Shown: positions 36,569 to 41,420 of the stretch, piece by piece
Layout: every line of letters begins with the position of its first letter
Position numbering within the stretch: position 1 is the first letter of the stretch
DNA from: Klebsormidium nitens
Lineage: Eukaryota; Plantae; Klebsormidiophyceae
Direction: 5' to 3'
Length of the DNA stretch: 41,420 nt
NCBI GenBank assembly: GCA_000708835.1
Contig: DF237156.1
Span: 1 to 41,420, forward strand
Translations under genes and position numbers: made by a program
The notes under the pieces: generated by a model
Seen by the model: the letters and a program-made list of their open reading frames with translations, nothing else
Database searches by the model: none
Told to the model about the DNA's origin: nothing

Positions 36569-36975
36569 AGAAATAAGCACACCGCTTAATGAAAGGATGA
36601 TGCTGGCACACCGCCACAACCGCCAACGTCGCCTCGCCGCATACAAGAGCAATAACACAATTGCTCAGGGAACTTCTGATTTGGCACCCATGGAAGAAGC
36701 TCTGCTTGGGGTTCTCACTGAGCCTCCATAATGCGGCTTCTCTCTCTTAAGGGAAACGTACAGAAAGTTGCCTCAGCAACTTTCAAGTCCGGCATAAGGC
36801 TCCAGTCGGAACTACCGGTATGCTAGCCTCCAGTCTACGCAACATGCAATCTATCATTGAGTCCGAGTCAAACGCAATCGTACGATTGAGTCAAATCCTA
36901 ATCATCAACGGCTGAAATCTATCGCGCGCGCGCAGCTCCGATGTACTGCGGCACTGAGCCTGTACGGCATGACAG
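36569..36975 (-). repeat. LTR-like direct repeat (5' copy relative to gag)
   Basis: See the partner copy. This copy may extend to TGTACG at 36562, which would give TG...CA ends. Confidence 0.85.
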
Positions 36976-37544
36976 GGTCGGCACCATGGCGTATTCGACG
37001 TCCCTATCCGATAGCTAGGCCGTGAAAACTATAGTCAGCACGGATATACACACTTGCCAACCATCTGAACACGGCAAAAGCATTATTTTGCCAATTAAAG
37101 GAATCTTTAGCGAGGATGTATGCCGTATCCGACCTTCATGGTGTCTTTCATTAATTATGCGGACGCGTGCCATGTGCACATGTACATGTACTCGTAAGTC
37201 ACGGTTTCTTGTCGCCGTGAAGGCGCTATACATGATTATGCGTTCAAAACTGCGAGCCATGCGCATGTCTACTGAGTCGCCGATTCAAGCAATGAAAGGC
37301 CCTCAATCTGCTCTGACAGTGAAGTGTATAATGTGTCATGCCTTTTAAAGAGAACACTTGTTGGCGATTAACCGTAATTCTTTTCACCCTTTTGGCCGTC
37401 CTTTCATACAAAGTGATATTTGGACGTCGACAATTTTGCGTATCTGCAACAACTTGTTATTGACGTCCTCATTCAAGTTGTAGCTTTTACTACGCGACTC
37501 GGATGCTTTGCTGCATGAGGGTGGGGGGTAGGGCGCCAAAGCAC

Positions 37545-40497
37545 CTACTCTCCTTCAGGCAATCCTTGCCCTTTCAACTGGTCTCTCTGCATCGCATGAG
37601 TGCCATCCGGTACCTGCTCATTAGCAGCCGAAATCTTCTTCTATGCGCACCTTCTTAACCCGCTTGCAAGGAGCTCCAGTAAATCAAGAATCCCGTACGC
37701 CTTCAAACCATGCTTTGGGTTGCGAGTGAACAGGGTTGCATTCACCCACTGGGTACCCGCGCAGATGAACGAGTCCCACCACGGAAGAGTTGCTTACATG
37801 GGCTTCACATAGGACTGAAATAGCTTCGTCGCGCGTCGGGCTAGCAGTTCGGCTCGGGCTGTCGCCGAGTCGTCGACTAGGGGCCCTGAAAAGCCTTGTG
37901 GATTTCCTGTTCGTCCATCTCCGCTCCCGCTTCTGCTCCGCACCGACGCCTCTATTCTAAAAACGACTTCGAGTAGCTCCCCCGCTGAGAAACCTGGACC
38001 CCCCGGCTGCCCCCCCGCTGGAGAACCTGGACAATATAGACCGCGGAGACGTTGGAAGTGGACGTGGGCACTGTCAAGCTGCTGATCTCCCCCCCTTTTC
38101 GGTTGGGTAATAAGAGGACTGGCTTCGGATTTCGCAGGGACGGAGTTCTGAACGTGGGAAAATGCCCTTCTGGAGCCGTGCGCGGCCCCAAAACCGGTGC
38201 TCTAGTACGCTTCTTTTGCCCCGTCGTTCCGGACCTCGTTCTGCTCAGCGGACGGCATTCAAAGGACGTTGGATCGACGTGCGAGATGTGCCAGCTGGAC
38301 AGAAACGTGGCAGCTTCTTTGCCGTCCATCTCGCAACCGCCAACGCCTCAAGGATCGTGTTAGTGGCGCTCGATTCAGATCCGTCGGTTGGAAACGGGAC
38401 TGCTGGGATTGTGGCAAAGGAAAAGGTGGAGGCATTCGTAGAGTATATTCAGGCTGCCAGAACAAAACGAAGCCCATTCGTTGAAAATTGGAGAGGGGAC
38501 CGAGGAGCCTTGCATGGTTGGCAATGAATCGGACAATTCTTGTGCGCTTGGAGCAGACTGGATATCGCCAATAGCGTGCGCAGGAGCATGGACGCAGGAA
38601 GAGACGGACACTTCTGACGTATCACAACGTAAAGATCAATGACTTAAGATGACATGGCTCACCGCAACTTTATGCAAACATGTGCCGCACATCACTCTCC
38701 AGTAATCGAAGGCTCAGGTGATAGAAGGCGATCGCTCGGCCTGGTCAGGATTGAGGGACTCTTCGAGGTCTTTAAAGCGGGCGTCTGGTGTCTCCCAAGA
38801 CATCTCTGACTCGCATTCCAAACTGCAGGATACGTTTCTCCATTGTCTCCTCTGGCACCTCCGGGTAGAGGCGCCGGCGACACTCCTGCATCTCTTGCAG
38901 CGACCAGTCGGGCAGCCGCCAGACCTCGCAGAACCTGCACCACCGATGCAGATCGGGTGAATCAGTGCAAATAGACGAAACTGCGACACTTTTAGAAGAG
39001 GCCTGCACACGGCCCAAAAGTAATATGATGTCGGGCGCTTTTGCAGACCAAAGGACTCGGTGACAGGCACGAATACGATCTGCTGTCCTGGTGTCCAAAC
39101 GCTTATACCAACCAGTGCCGTCAAGTGAAGTTGAGAAAGCGCACGGCGATTGAAACATGCGCCTGACTGCATCCGCAAACTTCCGTCAATTTTCCTAAAA
39201 CAAAAAACTGTTCGGTGGACATTTCTTTGAGCAAAGCTACCTCGCCACCTCGCCAGTCCTAAATTTAATCAAGAAAACCGTCTCAACATGTCAATCCGGA
39301 GATTACTTAATTCCCTTTGGCGAACTCCTTGTAGTCATCCACGTCGGAAGAGCACAACACGATGTAGCGACCGACGCCCCGGAACTGAGCCTCGGGGGCT
39401 CGTCCATCTTTAACACACCAAATGGAGCGGTCCTTGCTCAGGCCTGCAACAAGCGGAGCGGACACACTTCAGTCTGCTTAGCGTAAGAGCAGCGCTTGCA
39501 ATGAGGCAAACCTACGATGAGGGCCTTGAGCATGCGCTTTTTCAACAACTGTTTACAACCGTCACCAACTTGCCGCAGGGAATTTGTTTGCAATGAGCAT
39601 AAACATTTGTTAGAAAGCGTTGCTAGGCAGCTGTTTGAGAGGGTAAGCAGACTCCGTTTGCCGTGTGACAAATGTTTGACAGTACAGCAATCATGATGTG
39701 ATCCGCTTCTGTACTCACGTCGGATTGCTGGCCAGCCCTGTGTGCCTTCAGAGGCTATCTTGACTTGGATTGCAGACAAGTCCGAAAAGTCGAAGTAAAC
39801 GATTGTGTCCCCTTCGAACATGTCTTGGTACCTGCGAAGGCAGACTTGAGTTGTTGACACAGAATAGTAAGCACGTGCATCTCTGATGCGGAGGCCTGCT
39901 CAGCAAGTTGCTAATTACAAGTCAAGTAGGCAGCTACAGAGTCAGATACGAACGGTGCCTGTCACACACCTGTAAGTCACTTTCGCCTTTTTCTTGGCAA
40001 GATGGTGCAGAAGCAGGGGGGCGAAAGCGGACTTCCCAATCCCGGGAGAGCCGCTTAACACCACGCCAAATGAGTCGCCGAGAGCATCAAGCTTCTTCAG
40101 GACCAAAAGATAACACTCCCAAATCATGATGCTCTCGCTAAGGGCTGGAGGCACAACGTCTGCCAGGCCGGGTGGCACTTCGATGTAGCCGCTGGACGTG
40201 TCCACTGTTGCGATGAACTCGGCGTATGCTTGGAGCACTGGGCATAAAGACAGACTTGGTTTTGGTCGCAACAAAGCTGTGCTAGAAATGACAATCCTGA
40301 TGCAAGGGCAACCCACTGCATTCCACATAATAGCACCTAGAGCAAGCTGATCACACCAGCTTCCAAAAATCGAGCAAAGGAGGGGAGGTCACACTAATGG
40401 AAATCTGATTGGAGGCGCCCACCTTGAGTATCGGCAAAAGTCGCCCTCCATGCGCCTGGTTGGCATTCATCCGGAGGCTCCGGTAAGTCGTTCAACC
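37545..40497 (-). pseudogene. Crinkler/RHS (CR)-type protein: P-loop NTPase + restriction-endonuclease-like domain, spliced and disrupted
   Basis: In-frame GT-AG exons 40423-40497, 39970-40237 (IMIWECY..GVVLSGSPGIGKSAFAPLLLHHL), 39719-39831 and 39307-39443 (IWCVKDGRAP..YIVLCSSDVDDYKEFAK, ending in TAA). An exon from 38934 follows (WRLPDWSLQEMQECRRRLYP..QFGMRVRDVL, then frameshifts, SDRLLSPEP). The REase-like segment at about 37826-37545 reads YVKPM*ATLPWWDSF..TRNPKHGLKAYGILDLL. The motif order matches CR-NTPase then CR-REase as I know them. At least 2 frameshifts and 3 stops. Confidence 0.78.
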
Positions 40498-41420
40498 CTG
40501 CAATATATCAATCAGTCATGTAAGAAAGACAGATTGTGTCTTCCCAAAGAAAAGTGACACTTAGTAGAGTCACTCCCCTGCTTGCAATCACAAATTGTGA
40601 AAGAAACAAAGAAGCCAGAGGTCCCATTGCACCGGCCTAGAACAGACCCAGCTACTTTCTGGTCAAGCTCTACTAACATAAAATGGTACAACAATATGGC
40701 GATGCTACGAGGCAACTTTCTCACCTTGCACTCTTGCGGTGGTGACACGTCCCTTGCGCGATGACTCCTGCATGGCTGGTCTGCTCAAACGCGGTCTGGT
40801 CCTTGAGTTTCCGGGCAGCCCTGTAGGTGCGAGATGCAATATTTCGTCGATCTTTCGTATGCAAGCAATCTAAAGAGCTAAACTTCGGCTGTGGGAAACA
40901 ACAAGCCATGACCCTTCAGATCCAATAATGCGTATGTCCAGGTCATGAATGATAACCACCTCACATGCTGGCATAGCCGCAAATCCTTTTGTAGGACAGC
41001 AAAGCCTGTTGGCGCCACCCCTACTAGTAGCCACAGATTTGCTGCGCTGGTGCACAGAGGATGCGCCCATCCAACATCGCCCGTTTCCCACTGCCCCTGC
41101 ATCTGCCGTCAAGGCTCCAGCATACATGGCCGTAACGTCAGCAGAGCACGAGAGCACGGCCACAACAAAGCTTGCTGTGACTGGGATGCTCCTTCAATGT
41201 ACGAAATGCACTGCCAGATCTCCCCAAGAGGCTGAGCAATACAGAAACAAAACCAGACGGCCCTGCACAAGCCACTACATTGTCCGGCCGGTTGTCAAAA
41301 AGCGCACTACGATTTGCCCGGGGCCCGCAAGATACGGGGCTGTTCATCCAGCGGGGCCACGTCAAATGTACGGAATTGAACTGGCCAATGAAACAGGGGT
41401 GGTACATATACCACGTGGGT

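Larger units (their letters stand above)
34535..36975 (-). mobile_element. Non-autonomous gag-only Ty3/gypsy-like LTR retroelement
   Basis: Direct repeats at 34535-34926 (392 bp) and 36569-36975 (407 bp) differ by 4 substitutions and 2 indels (9 and 6 bp). They end in CATGACA, which reads TGTCATG on the gag strand. They enclose a gag with two CCHC knuckles and no pol. No TSD, adjacent PBS or PPT is visible. Confidence 0.8.

Noticed and set aside
36528-36731. 67-aa + strand ORF inside the LTR-like repeat
   Set aside because: Short, with no motif. The in-frame 9-bp indel between copies is a simple local duplication and is not evidence of selection.
33532-36975. DIRS/PAT/Ngaro split-direct-repeat retroelement
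   Set aside because: The order on the gag strand is A-gag-A-B-gap-B, not A-ORFs-B-A-B, and no RT or tyrosine recombinase is present.
37981-38032. 33-bp-period duplication (CCCGCTG..AACCTGGAC)
   Set aside because: A local duplication within the CR pseudogene, with no independent significance.

Overview
Eukaryotic nuclear DNA with spliceosomal introns, a plant-type RLK/Pelle kinase and one 181-N scaffold gap. A streptophyte alga or early-diverging plant (Klebsormidium-like) is my inference; it is not shown directly. The one apparently functional gene is a + strand receptor-like kinase with at least 12 exons (8701-15763). Its ectodomain, reconstructed by hand across six exons, holds TWO tandem 12-cysteine SPARK-type domains, followed by a TM helix and an intact RD kinase; its 5' end is unresolved. 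The right end holds a spliced but disrupted Crinkler/RHS (CR)-type NTPase + restriction-endonuclease-like gene (- strand, about 37545-40497, possibly extending to about 41100). Next to it is a young gag-only gypsy-like element between about 99% identical ~400-bp direct repeats (34535-36975). The rest contains decayed intronless ORFs of unknown family, a small MITE-like element with 15-bp TIRs enclosing telomere-like DNA, a duplication next to the gap, and recurrent CGCG/GCGGCCGC-rich islands. I found no rRNA, credible tRNA or CRISPR array. All homology calls come from motif recognition by eye; no database search was run.
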